From the human T2T-CHM13v2.0 reference genome, Homo sapiens, in the NCBI RefSeq assembly GCF_009914755.1, contig NC_060926.1: a stretch of 64,000 nucleotides of DNA; one strand, written 5' to 3'. Within the stretch, counting starts at the first letter, position 1; each line of letters opens with the position of its first letter. The notes below the pieces were generated by a model. That model was not told the DNA's origin. It saw only the letters and a program-made list of their open reading frames with translations, and searched no databases. Both the position numbers and the translations under genes were made by a program. Positions 1 to 16,250 of the stretch are shown here, one piece after another.

Positions 1-19
1 GTCTGGTTTGATCTACATG

Positions 20-420
20 TAAATTATATCATCCTACACATATTTTTCTAAGTTTCTTTGTTTATTCTACATTTTGGTTTAGAGATCCATTACTATTAAT
101 ACATACAGCTTTTGCTTATTGATTCTTTAAGTATCATAGAACCTCACCATGTGAATATTACACAATTTGTTGATCTAATCATTTGATGGTGATCATTTGA
201 ATTATTTCTTAATTTTTTCCTTTATAAAAATGAGGCTATTGATATTTTATACATAGTGTTCATATGCAAGAAAAATCTCTAAAGCTTATATCTGAGTGAA
301 CTAACTGTGTCATAAGGTAGGCACTTCTTCAATTTTACTACATATTGATCTAATTTATATTCCAAAGTATAGAGGAGTTCCTATTGCATGTAACCTGCTT
401 TTTTTCTTAAAATATATCAT
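20..420 (-). mobile_element. Ancient L1 (L1ME-like) 3' fragment, probably continuing at ~925-1070 and ~1500-1900
   Basis: Degenerate L1M 3'-region motifs (tgatggtgatcatttgaattatttc; gtcataaggtaggcacttcttcaattttact); very diverged. Confidence 0.4.
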
Positions 421-466
421 ATAGGTCTTTTGATTCCTTCTAAAGGCTATAAAACATTCCATTAAG

Positions 467-925
467 TGAAGATACCATATATGGGAATAAACAAAGACCA
501 CTCATATTAGAATAAACAGACACTATTTATTCAGAGCTTGCTATAGCAACGGAGTCAGCCACCATCTCGCATCTGGCAATAACTCAAGGGCAAGCAGGGA
601 AGTGAGAAAACTTTATAGTGAACAAAAGGGAAGAAATCCTGTATGCTCTGGAAATTGTAGGCATGGAGAAACTGGAAACAGTTAACTGGAAGTGTGATAT
701 GGCTGGTTTGGGGAGCATATTTTACTTTCCCTCTTTCGTACTGAGGTGGAAGAAGAAACAAAACATAGGGAAGGTGGCAACCATTTACCAAGTTCTGACC
801 ATTCTCAGTTGATTTTTGGAGAGGTTGGCATTTGTCTTCCTGAATGGTTGCTGCAGACGTTGTAGCTCAGAGTTCTATTGTCATGTATGGTCTGGAAATT
901 GTCTGTTTGTATAGTCAGCATCTCA
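467..925. mobile_element. ERV solo LTR remnant, family unresolved
   Basis: ~460 bp of higher-GC sequence with TG...CA ends interrupting the old L1; LTR-like motif tttattcagagcttgctatagcaa; no clear TSD. Confidence 0.4.
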
Positions 926-2534
926 TACAACATATTAAACCATTTTCCCGTTCAAGGACATTTAAGTATGTTTTCATGTTTTTGCTATTAAAAGCAATGC
1001 AAGTATTTCAACTTGATAAAATAAATATCTAAATCAACAGATACGCATTTTTTGGTTTCACCAGATTTTTGTTGTTTTTCTGTTTGTTTGTTTGTGTGCT
1101 TTTTACCTCAGGCAGGAAATGTTGCATTCAGTTGTTTGTATCACATGTACACAAGGCTAAGAGGGGAACCAAAACCCTATAATGAACAGTTAAATAGATG
1201 AAGTTATTTAGATAAGAGCAAAGAAGGATCGTTGGAGAAGCCATGCTCGTCTCTAAATGCACATTTTTTTTAAAAAAGCCTTTTCTGCCTACAAAAAAGA
1301 GAAAAGAGAAATTTTATCTATATTCCCATCACCTAAAGACAAGCGTGGTTAACATAACTTTTAAAGAATAGTCCTTTCAGGATTGCTGTTCACACATCTC
1401 TTAAAATATTCTTGCATTTTATTAATCTTTCTAATTTTCATTATGTGTTCGTCATTTATAAAACGTAAGCACTTATGTTTTAAAAAATTCTCTATAAACA
1501 CCATTTCTTTGCAACATATACTGTTTCACTGTGAAGATATGTCATAACTAATCACTTACTACTGAGCATTTAGACTGCTCCCAAATTTCACCATTATAAA
1601 TATCACTGAAATGCATATTTATATGCATAAAGAAGTCTTTCTCAGTTCATTTAATCAAAGCACTGTCTACAGGCATAAAGACTCCTCATACACATTGCCA
1701 AAGTACTTTTCAGTATTATTCTCCCACTGGTAAATGGATAAGATGTATATTTCACCAAACCCTCTTTGGCATTTATTGTCACTTTAAAAATGTTTTCTGA
1801 TAGAAAGGGAGAGGAAATTAATATGTTTTGCTTAATCTCCATTTCTTTGACAATTAACGAGGTTGAACCAACAGATATTTTTAATGTGCCCTCAAAACTG
1901 TCATTCTACTTACCTAATTGTGCAATTGTGCAACTTCATTTTAGATAGGTGTTTGAGATTGTTCTTTTCTTCTAAAATAGCAATTGATGAAGACAAAGCT
2001 CAACTTATTCTAATGATTTATTAATATCTAGTAGGACAATTTATAATTGAAGAAGAAAGTTGAGGGCACACAGAGCAGCCATAAAGCTGATGAAAAGATT
2101 ATACCAGTTAGGTTGTATTTCATGGGCCGTCTCTTCTGTCTTATCTCACTATGGAAGAGCTTTGGTAGTTAAGAAGGCTTCATAATCCAGTTAGAAACAA
2201 TATAAATATTTTTTGCTAATAGTACAAAATGAAATACCTGAAGTAAGAGGTAGAGGAATAAACAGATACTTTAGTCACAATTAAGGGAATAAGTATTGGA
2301 GGAAATGAGAAACAAGATAGAAGCCAGAGATAAAGGGGCTTTAAAAAAAATAAAAATAAATAAACTGGAATGGAATGGAGTGTAAAAATTGGAAAGAGTG
2401 AAAGTTTTTTTTTTAAGTGTGATACAATTTAAAAACATCTTTGAGTGTGTACTTTTTGCTCTGGGAGGTATTAAGAAAATAGCGTGTTAGAGGTTCGAAT
2501 CTCAGAAAACCTACAATATGTATCATACAGGAAA

Positions 2535-3075
2535 TATTTTGATGCAAGTAAATGAAAACCGACTCAAACTGGATTAAAAAATAAGAAAATTTGTTCTCTC
2601 ATGTGATTGCAAAGCCTATAGGACATGTATGCTTCAGGGTGGTTTGACACAGTGGTTCAGCAAAGCCAACAACCTGTGAACTGTTTTTGGTTTTGTTTTT
2701 TGTTTTCTCTTCACTTCACCATTTGTCGTGTCAGATTCATCGTAAGGTTGCCTTCTTTCCAGGATCAGCTTCTGTTTCTGCCAATAGCTCCCAGAAGTGC
2801 TTGAATAGAGACTTGAGTTTCACCTTTATGGAGGAACTTTGGTTCATATGTCCATCTGTAAACCAATGACTCTGGCAAAGGTGATGGGAATGTATTACTT
2901 GTCTAGACCAATTAGGGCTCACATCTGAAGTTCTTGAGTAAGAACAATCCCAGCTAGATATCATGGTTGTTCCACAATGAGGGAGGGTGTGCTTTTAAAG
3001 AAAAATCTGGATGCTATCAAAGAAGAGGAAGGGAGGATTAACTCAGGCTGGGTTAGCAACTAAGAAATGTCCACC
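2535..3075. mobile_element. Old ERVL/MaLR LTR (MLT1-like)
   Basis: MLT1-type motif tgcaagtaaatgaaaaccgactcaaactggattaaaa...ctcatgtgattgcaaag. Confidence 0.5.
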
Positions 3076-3309
3076 ATACAAATCTGGTTGAGAGCAGTAG
3101 TCAAGTATGCACAAAACTCCAACATAAGGGAGAATGTAGTAAATGCTATCAAATAAAAAAATATGTATAGAAGGGGTGCACATTTAAATGAGGCTGTTTG
3201 AGCTTGAATTTCTTTCTTTATATAGAATTCCAGTCCAAAATGCCATTGCTTGAATTTCATCAAAGAAAGCTCCTATGCCCTTTGTGTGATTTACTTACTG
3301 TTTCACCAT

Positions 3310-3707
3310 TGTTAAAAGACAATTTTCAAAAGAGAGTAAAATCATGACTCTACAGATATAAAAACAAACACAAGTTAAAGATTGTATTTAACTTATTAAT
3401 GAGGAAACCACTGAGGTGTTACAATCAGTTCAAAGAAAAAATCCAAAGAGCAGAAACTTACTATTTAGAGTAAAGGAATGTTGACATGAATGTGCAAAGG
3501 CAGGCAAAACTAGATTAGGAAGTCAGTTGGACCTCTACCTGAAGGTGAAATTTGCATGTCTATAGACAATAATTATTTTCTATTGCTATCAGTTATTGAC
3601 AGCTTACAAGAGTTGCAAAATAGCACCCATAGACTCATAGCCAGATAAAAGAGAAAGGTGAGCTATAGACAATGCATAGTTTTCTGCTGAAACATAGTTT
3701 TCTTACA
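3310..3707. mobile_element. Candidate solo LTR (ERV1-like)
   Basis: ~400 bp with TGTTA...TTACA termini and a near-matching 4-bp flank (ccat/ctat). Confidence 0.4.
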
Positions 3708-4645
3708 CTATATTATGACTAACTACATCTCACATATCCAAGTTAAACAAACAAAAATATCTATCACCTTCTTGAAAGGATGGGGAGTACACTCAATAGG
3801 CCTTTTCCCCCCCATTATGGATGAAAATTCTAATGTAAATATTATAGCATGAGGTTTTTAATTTTTTTCAACAGAAGACACATTCCTTTATTTTCATGAC
3901 ATAATAATAAATGATACTATTTTGATTTCATTTTAAAAGTCAATTTTCTATCCTTTTGCTGATTCCTTTTACTTCAGAACTTGCAGCAAATAGTTTAGCA
4001 TTAGTTCTTCTGTGCATCTTATTAGTTTATTAGTTATACATCCAAGTGAAGGGCAGAGTGGTATATACCACTTAAAAGGCATTTGGAACAGAATTTAAAA
4101 GGCAACAAGACAACACAGGGGCCAGAATTAATGAGAACAATCATTACTAGCACAATTACCAGAGTATTTTTTTGAAAATTAAATACAAAAAAAAGGAAAG
4201 TAACAAATATATTTATAATAAAAGTTTAAAGAAATCCCCACAAGCTTAGCGCTAAATCAATGGAATGTAACGAATAAATCACTTCTGTATAGAGGTCATT
4301 AGGTTTGTCTGTAGCTTTGAAATAAAAGTGTTGAATTGAAGCAAAAGAAATAGAGTCCAAACAGATTTCAGAAATGTTAGCTAACTGTACTGCAGAAAGA
4401 TGGTTATTAGAGACCTTAAGGAGGTTCTGTCTCTAGAGGAGCCCTGTGGGTGAAATTCCATTCCACCCACTCCATCCTTCTTCATACTTGTCTACAAAGA
4501 AGTTCCCAGATTATTTGCTAGTACTAGAGAGAGACTCAACCAGAGTAGGTGTCGTTTTCTATGCTCCCATCTCCATGACGTATGGAGAAGAAAAAGAACA
4601 GAAATGTGTTGTATTTCTCATGAATGGGGGAAAAAACAGGGCTCT

Positions 4646-4716
4646 TTAATTGAACAAATAAAATTGAACAAATAAAATTTAATTGAACAAATAAAATTAA
4701 TTGAACAAATGAAATA
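4646..4716. repeat. Short tandem repeat, four copies of AATTGAACAAAT
   Basis: Four visible copies at 15-20 bp spacing. Confidence 0.9.
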
Positions 4717-6225
4717 ATTCTCTTCCAAAAAGAACGCTGCTCTTTAAAATCTTCCTTTGCTGAAGAAATAAGTGTAAATACTTCTATTCCATTTTTCAAG
4801 GCATAAAACATACCCCAAAGAATTCAAATTTAAAGAGAAATGTCAGAAAGGGCCTGAATGCCTGTTTGAACCTAGACCCAGTAACTTAGGCAACCCAAAC
4901 ACAGCTCACAGCTAAAGAGGATTCTGAACAGACACTCTAATTACAGTATTTTATCTTTTTCCAGACATAGATTTTTTTTTCTTGTGAATGTTAATATTTC
5001 CTTCTAAATTAAGCTTTTGTGTCCTCCCAACTACAATTTCAGTTCAAGTGGAATCTCTGTTGTACTTTGTTCCTAACTAATACCAAGAAAGTCTGGGGAA
5101 ATGGGAAGAGGACCAGCTCTCAGTTCCCTCTGTGAGCCACTATCAAAGAAATTTCCCTAAAGTGCCAGCTGACACTGTGGGAAAGCAGAAGTAAGCTTAT
5201 GTCTACAATTATGTGAGCTTCCCCCTAACCCCCATTTGTTTCTGTAAAAATTTCAAACTGATTGGAAAGCCACCACAAAATATACTTTTACATTGATACA
5301 GTTGATGTTCCAAACTTCTTTCTTGTGGCAAATATGTTGCAGATGCTTCTGTGCCAAACTCAATTCAATTATTCTGCAGGGAGCCAAAGACTAAAGAGTG
5401 GATGAGCCCACAAGGTCTTTGTTGTTCATTTGCCTCCTGAATTGGAAACAGCTGCTACCTTGACTTAAGCACAGAATAAATCAACGTATATTACCTAGAG
5501 TTGCTCTTTACATTTTAACAGAGACAAGTACTTTTGCACCTGTAATTCCTTTCAGCTCACATTTTTAAAGTACATTATTACTAAAGTAGTAAAATAAGTA
5601 AAAGAGAAGGATGATTAAGTATGTTACATATTTTTTCAATACAAAAATTTATTTTATTTTTTGACTTGCTTGAATAAATGTTTTAGTGATATTCTTTATG
5701 TTTTTATAAACATTTTCATGTTTGATGGTGAGCCTAAACAGGAGATATAATTTTTCCAAAACAATGAATGAACATCAACAAGCATTAGTTATTTCAAAAA
5801 TTATAAATGTTGTGCCTTAATTAGATAAAATTTTTCTCAATTAGTTTATGATTATAACATTTGGCTTACCAGAAGGGAGAATAAATTAATTATGTTAGGC
5901 CAATATACTCGAAGTTTTCACAAAAGTCAAGCTAAACAAATGTTTTTATTTATTTTCAATTTAATTAAGAGAAATCCTTATGTTTCACTTTTGGCAGATT
6001 ATCATTGGATCAAGAAGCAAGTGAATAATTAATTTGAATTATTCTTTCTATTTATTTAATAAAGTAAGTAAGGTTTACTTATCTAATCACTATTAGGAAT
6101 GAAGCCCAATCTTCTGTCCTAAAATCTATATTCTCCCATGGGAAGTCTTCTCTGAAATAAAAGTATTTCTTCTAACCAATACTATTGCAAGATTAACTAA
6201 TTTTATTTCTATTTTTCTTCTTTCT

Positions 6226-6290
6226 TCCTCTCTCTCTCTCTCTGCATCTCTCATATACACAGGCACACACACACACACACACACACACAC
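6226..6290. repeat. Compound (TC)n/(CA)n microsatellite
   Basis: Read directly. Confidence 0.95.
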
Positions 6291-8231
6291 CTCAATTATA
6301 TATTTAAATTTTTACAAAGTTGAAATAATTTCTTATTTTAGAGCACTATATATAGCTTATAAGAAACCTGGTAGCCTCTAGGATTTATCTCTGATAACAG
6401 TGTTATATTTGTTTTGGTATTTAGTGTAGTTGGGGAATGAGATATTTGATTAATCAAATATTCTTGTTTGTAGAAAGTGAACACAGACTATATAGAAAAT
6501 GAAGCCTGTCAACACCAAAGTTTGTCTTCTCAAATTGTCTCTCTTCTCCAAAATTGCTTTTCCAGGGCCCTAGACTCAGGAACTTGCACTTAACTTTGAT
6601 TTTTCTTTTACTTTTACTTTTGCTTCCAGTCTGCCAGTATGTCATGACTCTTTATCTGTAATATCTCTTGGATTAAACTTTCTTCCTTATCTCACTACAA
6701 TAATCCCTTCACACCTGAAATAATTTATCTATAAAATTATAGTAAAAGTAGCTTCCCTACTTGTTCTCCTCCGGTATTCTGTTGCAATCTCCTTCTCCCT
6801 GTCAAATAAAATAAAATTCTTGGCACTGCTTTGAGGATTGTACACTTATCTGGCCTTATTGTTCTTATGTGGGTTTGTGACTGAGATACCCTTCTGACAT
6901 CTCAGGGTCTTATGCTAGGGTGATTATGATTCCAGGTGCATGGATGTAGCAATGAGAATAACTTTATGCAAAGAGGCTTTTTATTTTAACAGAAATAGAA
7001 TCAATAAGATGTGACCTGTGTGGACAAAAGGATAGATGCAGACATGATGCTGCCCAGAGGAGGTAGCAGTGAGAGATGATGCTGTGATCTTAGGGAAGTT
7101 ACTAAACCCTCCTGGGTTGCTGGAGAATTAGATGGAATAATGCAGTAAAACACTGAGAACCATGCCTGTTGCATAGGATGCACTAGTAGTGGTTATTTAA
7201 CATTTGTATCCACTTTTACTGATGAAGGAAATGAAGCACAGAGATATGTACATTTGGATTGTCTTAATTTCTCTTTCCCACAACATTAGAGATCCCCTGA
7301 CACTTAAGTTCCCTTTTTGGCTGATTTTTATATAAAATACAGTGTCTATACCTCTCATAATGCTGTTGGCAGAGTTTGCTTCTTGAAATTATGCTCCAGT
7401 TGATGCAGAACAAAGCTGTATGCATGTCTGTAAAATCTGATCAACTCCTCTGTATTTTGGGAGATATGAATATAAGCTCTAAATATAGGATAATTATACA
7501 AAATCAAGTTGTTTATTTGGCCAAAGTAACCAGTATCCATGTTAACAGTGGAAGAACATAATTTATATTCATAAAACATCCTTTAAGCTGCTAAAATATT
7601 TCATTTGTGGATAATATTATTTAGTGTTAAGTTTGAGCAAGAGGTGAAAGTATATTCAATCTCATATATAAAGTATTCTGTTGTTACTTCAAGGCTTTGT
7701 TTTGTAATACTAACAACTGAAATTTGTTTGTAATATTAACAATTTGAAATTAAGTGCACGAAAAGGAGACACTGTTCTCTCTACCAAATGGTATAGAAAA
7801 GAATACAAATGTGCTGTCAATATTGGAAGTGAGGAGGCAGATGCTAAGTAACAAGTTATTGAACATACTTTCCCTGAAGAAGAATAATTCATCTATGCAG
7901 AAAACGACCTTGGAAAGCAGTTTTAAACAGAATGAGAACCACAACTTCATTTGCTAAAAATAACACATGAATCTTTCTTCAAATATTTTCTTTCTATTAT
8001 GAAGTCTACATCTTGAAGTAATGTAAAATAAAATAAAGCTTTTCATGTGTGTTGTTTTGATGTCGTAAAGCTTTGTACATCTATATACTAATTGCAGATT
8101 GGGAAAATAAACCCCTGAGAAAATGTCTCAATGGAGACCTTGGGAAAGATTTCATAACTTACTCAAGGTAGAGCAAGGATAAAACACCCAACTTTTACTC
8201 AGGTGCATTTTCTAATACTTTGAACTGCATT

Positions 8232-8257
8232 TATGTATGTATGTATGTATGTATGTA
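8232..8257. repeat. (TATG)n microsatellite abutting the Tigger1 TA target
   Basis: tatgtatgtatg... ends in the TA before the TIR. Confidence 0.9.
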
Positions 8258-10931
<2,674 letters not shown>

Positions 10932-10933
10932 TA

Positions 10934-11727
10934 TTTTTATTATGGTAGGAATACTTGACATGAGATATTCTGTCATAAATTTTTAAAGTGTACCATACAC
11001 TATTGCTGACTATAGGTACTAGAGCTTATTCATCTTAAGTAAAACTTTATGCATGTTTATTTATAATATTCCATTTTCCCCTATCCCCAGCCCCTGATAA
11101 ACACTATTCTGCTCTTGGATTCTATGAATTTATCCATTTTAGATAGCTGACAAGTGAAATCATGCAATATTTTTCTTTCTGTGACTGGCTTATATTCACT
11201 TAGTAATGATGTCCTCAAAGTTCATTCATATTACAAATGGTAGAATTTCCTTGTTTTTATGGCTGGATAATATTCCATTTTATGTATATACCAAATTTTC
11301 TTTATCTACTCATCATTTGATAGACATTTAGGTTGTTTCCACATCTTGGCTGTTACAAATACTGCAGCATTGAATATGGGAGTGCTAATGTGTCTTCAAG
11401 ATCCTGTTTTCACTTATTTTGGATGTCTCATTGTAATTTTTATCTGCATTCCTCTGGTAACTAGTCATATTGAGCAATTTTTCATAAGCATGTTGTCAAT
11501 TTGCACTTTTTTTGGAAAAATATCTCTCCCAGTCTTCAGCCCATTTTAAAATCAGGCTATTAGGTTTTCACCCACCCCTTACCATTGAGTTATAGGAGTT
11601 CCTTATATATTTTAAATATTTATTTCTTAACAAATAGATGGTTTGCAAAGATTTTCTTTCATACCATAGGTTGCTTTTTCATTATGTTAGTTGTTTCCTT
11701 TACTGCACAAAAGAGTTTTAGTTTGAT
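10934..11727 (-). mobile_element. L1MA/MB-like 3' fragment with an internal deletion near 11425
   Basis: L1M 3' end motifs (tttctttctgtgactggcttat, gacatttaggttgtttccacatcttggc). Confidence 0.8.
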
Positions 11728-11820
11728 AATAGACTTCCTTGATGCACAGTTCCCAAAAACCTTCAATTTGTAAAAAAAAATGAAATAAGGTGAAGCACAA
11801 TAAAATGAAGTATGACTTTA
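11728..11820 (-). mobile_element. Second copy of the Tigger1 terminal ~90-100 bp
   Basis: atagacttccttgatgcac...aaccttcaatttg...aagcacaataaaatgaagtatg matches 10829-10931. Confidence 0.75.
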
Positions 11821-12140
11821 CTCATTGAGACCTCACAATGAATTTTAATATTTGGAGTCTCTTTTCCCTTCTTATCAATTTTCTACTTCTTTACACTTCC
11901 TAATCAGAATTTTACTAAATATTCTCATTTGATTGTTCAAATCAAATTGATTGTTGATGGTGAGATTTTTATTTTTCTTTGAACAAAAAAGCACCCCTGA
12001 CAGGGTCAAACTCATTATTATAGTTAATGGAAATAAAATAATGTTACAGATCAGTTTGACTATATGCTGCATAAAAATATTGTTTTTCTATTCAAGAAAA
12101 ACATATATCCTTTTATTTACTAAAATATTTGTTTAATTAT

Positions 12141-12517
12141 TGTATTAGTCCATTCTCACACTGCTAATAAAGACATACCCAAGACTGGGTAATTTATAAA
12201 GGAAAGAGGTTTAATTGACTCACAGATCAGCATGGCTGGGGAGGCCTCAGGAAATTTACAATCATTGTGGAAGGGGAAGCAAACACACCCCTCTTCACAT
12301 GGCGACAGCAAAGAGAGGTGCTGAGCAAAAGGGAAAAGCCCCTTATGAAACAATCAGATCTCACGAGGACTCACTCACGATCACAAGAACAGCAGCATGG
12401 AGGTAACTGCCCCCATGATTCAATTACCTCCCACTGGGTCCTTCCCATGACATGTGGGGATTATGGGACCTACGATTCAAGATGAGATTTGGGTGGGAAC
12501 ACAGCCAAACCATATCA
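12141..12517 (-). mobile_element. THE1 (THE1D-like) MaLR solo LTR
   Basis: tgtattagtccattctcac...cagccaaaccatatca; 5-bp TSD attat/attac. Confidence 0.93.
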
Positions 12518-12524
12518 ATTACCT

Positions 12525-14300
12525 TCATCAAACTTTGTGTATATTTTGTACTTTTTAAAGGTTTTATTACCAAGAATTTTTATGTTATGTTGCTATAGAA
12601 ATTTAATGGAATATTTTCTTCAGCAACTGTAACACAACTTGTGTTAAAGAAAACTATTAATATTTATGCATTATTTTTGTAATTAAGAGATATGAAATAT
12701 TTTATTATTTCTAATCTTTTCATGTTATTATATTTAACTTCCTAGGTAGGCAAACAATTCACAATTATGTTAAATTTAAAAATTTCTTAATAAATGAACC
12801 ATATATGTATTCCTGGAATTAATTTACTTTTATGATTTTATATTCTATATTCTAATTTTAATATATTATGGAGGGCCATCTCTCAATATTTTATGCATAT
12901 TTGTTATATCCACATTCATACATATGATTGACTTCCAGGGTTTTATGTTTGTGCTGTCTTCTGACTTGGGTGTCTGTGTTATTCTGGCTTAGTAAAATAT
13001 TGGAACGTTTCCTTTTCTTTCTACTACCTAAAATGTTTAAAAGTATGAGTGTAACTTGTTCCCACACTATGAAGGTTTGGAAAAGTTTAGAAAGCTTTGG
13101 AAAAGTTTACCTTTGAAATAATTTGTAGCTTTAGATTTTTTTGTTTTTGGTAGGGAAAGTTTAGCCAACTCTAGTCATTTTCTTGATTTCTACCAGTATT
13201 GATTCTTAGAAATCATTTCCATTATCCAAATGGTGATATTAATTTGCATTGCAATTTGCAAGTTACTTTTATTAATTGTTTTAATATTCTTGATGTATGT
13301 GCTTATTTCCCTTTTCTCATTTTTGATTTTGTATATTTGTGCTTTCACTCTTTTTACTTCCTGAGGCTGGCTGAAGCTCATACATTTTTTTTTCTTTCTT
13401 TTTTTTCAGAAACAAGATATTGGCTTTACATGTCAGTTCCAGTTCTTTTTTATTTCAGAATTATTTATTTTTATATATCCTTAATAGTTTGCCTTCACTT
13501 TCCATAGATTTATTTTATTCTTAAGATTTTGAGATGAATAGTTAGTTCATATATTTTCACTCATATATCAATCAAGGGCTTAAGATCATCAATTAGTTTT
13601 AAGTGTATGTTCTAGGCATTCTGAACATTGTTTTCTTTATTATTTAACCAAATTTTCAGAGATTATTTTCAAACTCCAACTTGTTTCTAGTGTTTCTTAA
13701 AATATTCTGATCATATTATTGCATTGGTATATGAGAATGCAATTTGTCATAATTCTGCCTTTTGAATTCAATTACTTTTTTTCTCCTTTGACCTAGTATA
13801 TAATCATTTTTTCTAAATGCTGCATGGATCCTTCAAAGGATCCATTCTTTGTGTGTAGGTTATATTAGCCAGAAAAATCATATTATTCAGGTTTTCTACA
13901 TCCTTTATATAAATCTTTTCCTACTTTATCTGCCACAGATTAATAAAGGAGACATAGTCTCCTACTATTTCTGAGATTTATTTTGACATTACTATGACAC
14001 TTTTTTCTTTTATCCACTAGTATCTCTGACTGGTACATTGTGATTGTGAATTGCTCTTTTTTTATCATCTTCAATTACTTTGTTTTTCACTCATTTAACT
14101 TTTCTTATTAAATACTTTTTGTTAAAGTTGAGTTCAAACTTACCTGACATTCTCATGATGATTTGGGCTTTATTTTCATTAGTGTGTACCTGGCATATTT
14201 TGTACTTTTTTTAAAGTTTCATCTTTCTAAGTCTTTAAATGCAGCACTTGTATGCAGTAAGTAGTTAAGTTTTACCTTTTGACTCAATCCTTTTAAAATA
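12525..14300 (-). mobile_element. Old L1M ORF2 fragment
   Basis: T-rich decayed ORF2; minus-strand ORF 13190-13381 contains KIKNEKREIST, resembling ORF2 [10 protein letters not shown]. Confidence 0.6.
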
Positions 14301-15882
14301 CCTGTATTTGCTTTTCTTTCATTGTGTCTACATTCTCACCTCTCATCTCAATCTGTTATCTAATTATCTGTGATCTATTTTTTCCTAGCTTTAATATTCT
14401 GTCTAATTTTCTCCAAATGATGCCATTTATGGCAACTTTCCCTCCTTAATGCATAGTGTATTGGTTCTTTTAGAGTGTATTCTGCATTTGTCTTTTTGTG
14501 TTGTATTTCTATCATTTCCTCCTCTATATTCAGCTGGGGTTGCACACAATCATATTTGACAGGTTTGGCTTCTTCTATGTTTTCTTCCATAATTTCGTTT
14601 AAAGCTACTTAACAGGGTTTATTTTTTCTGCTCTAGAATCTGTCCTATTCTCATGAGGTTGATAGCAGATTTTCAATTGGCTCTGAATTTTGTGTGGACC
14701 TTTACTTCATGAAAAAAAACAATAAGCATTCAGTGTTTATTCTCCCTTTATCACACACTTCACCAGCTTCCTGGAAGTCATCTTCACCTTTGCTCCCTGG
14801 TGCATGAGAGAAAATCTAGACCTAACTTATGTCCTGTGTCCACAGCATTAGTAATCCACATTGAAAGGAGGCAGAGGGAGAACATCACAGTTTCTCTCTT
14901 ATGCCTTTCTTCCCAGTCTAACTGTCCTTATAGTTGGTTATTTCTTTATCTATCCTGATAATCACAGTAACTCTCTATTGTTGGAGACCATTAGCTCTGT
15001 GTCATTATTTTCTCTTACCTCTTAGAGGCAGGTACTAATAAGACGGCGAGTGCTAGGAGACTTTCCTGCCCTTGGTGAAACTCTTCTAATTCATGGTGTT
15101 TGAAAGGCTTTCCCCAAGGTTGCTCACACATTCCCTTCAGTCCACTTACTGCATCTGGGGATTCTCATGCCATTTTTTCCATTAATTACTTCCTTTTACT
15201 TTTATTGTAGGATGGGCATTTTATTCCCTTTGCTTTTTCCTTCCTTATACCTAGAACTTGGATGTAAGGGCTGTAGGAATAACAACCATACTGAGACCAA
15301 TCAAAAGAATTGCAGACTCTGGCCATGATATTTTTGAGACACTGAGTCAATGCCTGCAAATAGAATTCCCTTCTATGGAATCTTGTTAGGCATGAAGAGA
15401 AATTCCAGAATTCCATGTGCTTCTCAGGACTACCACTTTTCTCTTCTACTTTCCATCAGCAGGGGTACAGAGGAGTTTAGGGTTGGTGGAAAGAGACTTG
15501 AAAGCTGCTGTTAAGTTCACTTCTTATTCCTGATTACTAACTTCAAGTGAGTCTTTAGTACCCAGGAATCAGACTGTAATATCCTTATCTACTCAGTCTC
15601 CTTCTACTCGAAGTGATTATTTTACACTTTCTCCTCTGTTCTCATTCTGCCAGCCCTGCAATTCCATCTCAGATGATGAATTAATTTTCTATCTTCCTGA
15701 GGAAATGGAAGCAAGTGGAAGATAACTTCCATAGGCTCTCACCATCACATCTATGCACCTGCACCTATACACAGATACTCTGCCCTTTGGCCTATTATAA
15801 TAAATGAATTTAAATAATAATTCAATTCATCCTGCTAAGAACTGACCCTCCTTAAAGTTTCCCACCTCTACTAGTCATTTCT

Positions 15883-16250
15883 TTTTTTTTAAATTTTATT
15901 ATTATTATACTTTAAGTTTTAGGGTACATGTGCACAACGTGCAGGTTAGTTACATATGTATACATGTGCCATGTTGGTGTGCTGCACCCATTAACTCGTC
16001 ATTTAGCATTAGGTATATCGCCTAATGCTATCCCTCCCCCTTCCCCCCATCCCACAACAGTCCCCGGTGTGTGATGTTCCCCTTCCTGTGTCCATGTGTT
16101 CTCATTGTTCAATTCCCACCTATGAATGAGAACATGCGGTGTTTGGTTTTTTGTCCTTGCGATAGTTTGCTGAGAATGATGGTTTCCAGTTTCATCCATG
16201 TCCCTACAAAGGACATGAACTCATCATTTTTTATGGCTGCATAGTATTCC
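15883..16250 (-). mobile_element. 5'-truncated young L1 (L1PA3-like)
   Basis: L1PA 3'UTR with poly-T; 16-bp TSD tctactagtcatttct (15867-15882) / tctaccagtcatttct (16251-16266). Confidence 0.95.

Noticed and set aside
4646-4716. CRISPR-like or other prokaryotic system (also considered for 61502-61563 and 62112-62184)
   Set aside because: The repeats have no unique spacers, there are no cas-like ORFs, and the context is clearly primate DNA.
7754-7957. 67-aa ORF in unique sequence
   Set aside because: GTG start, no recognisable domain, no convincing splice signals; length expected by chance.
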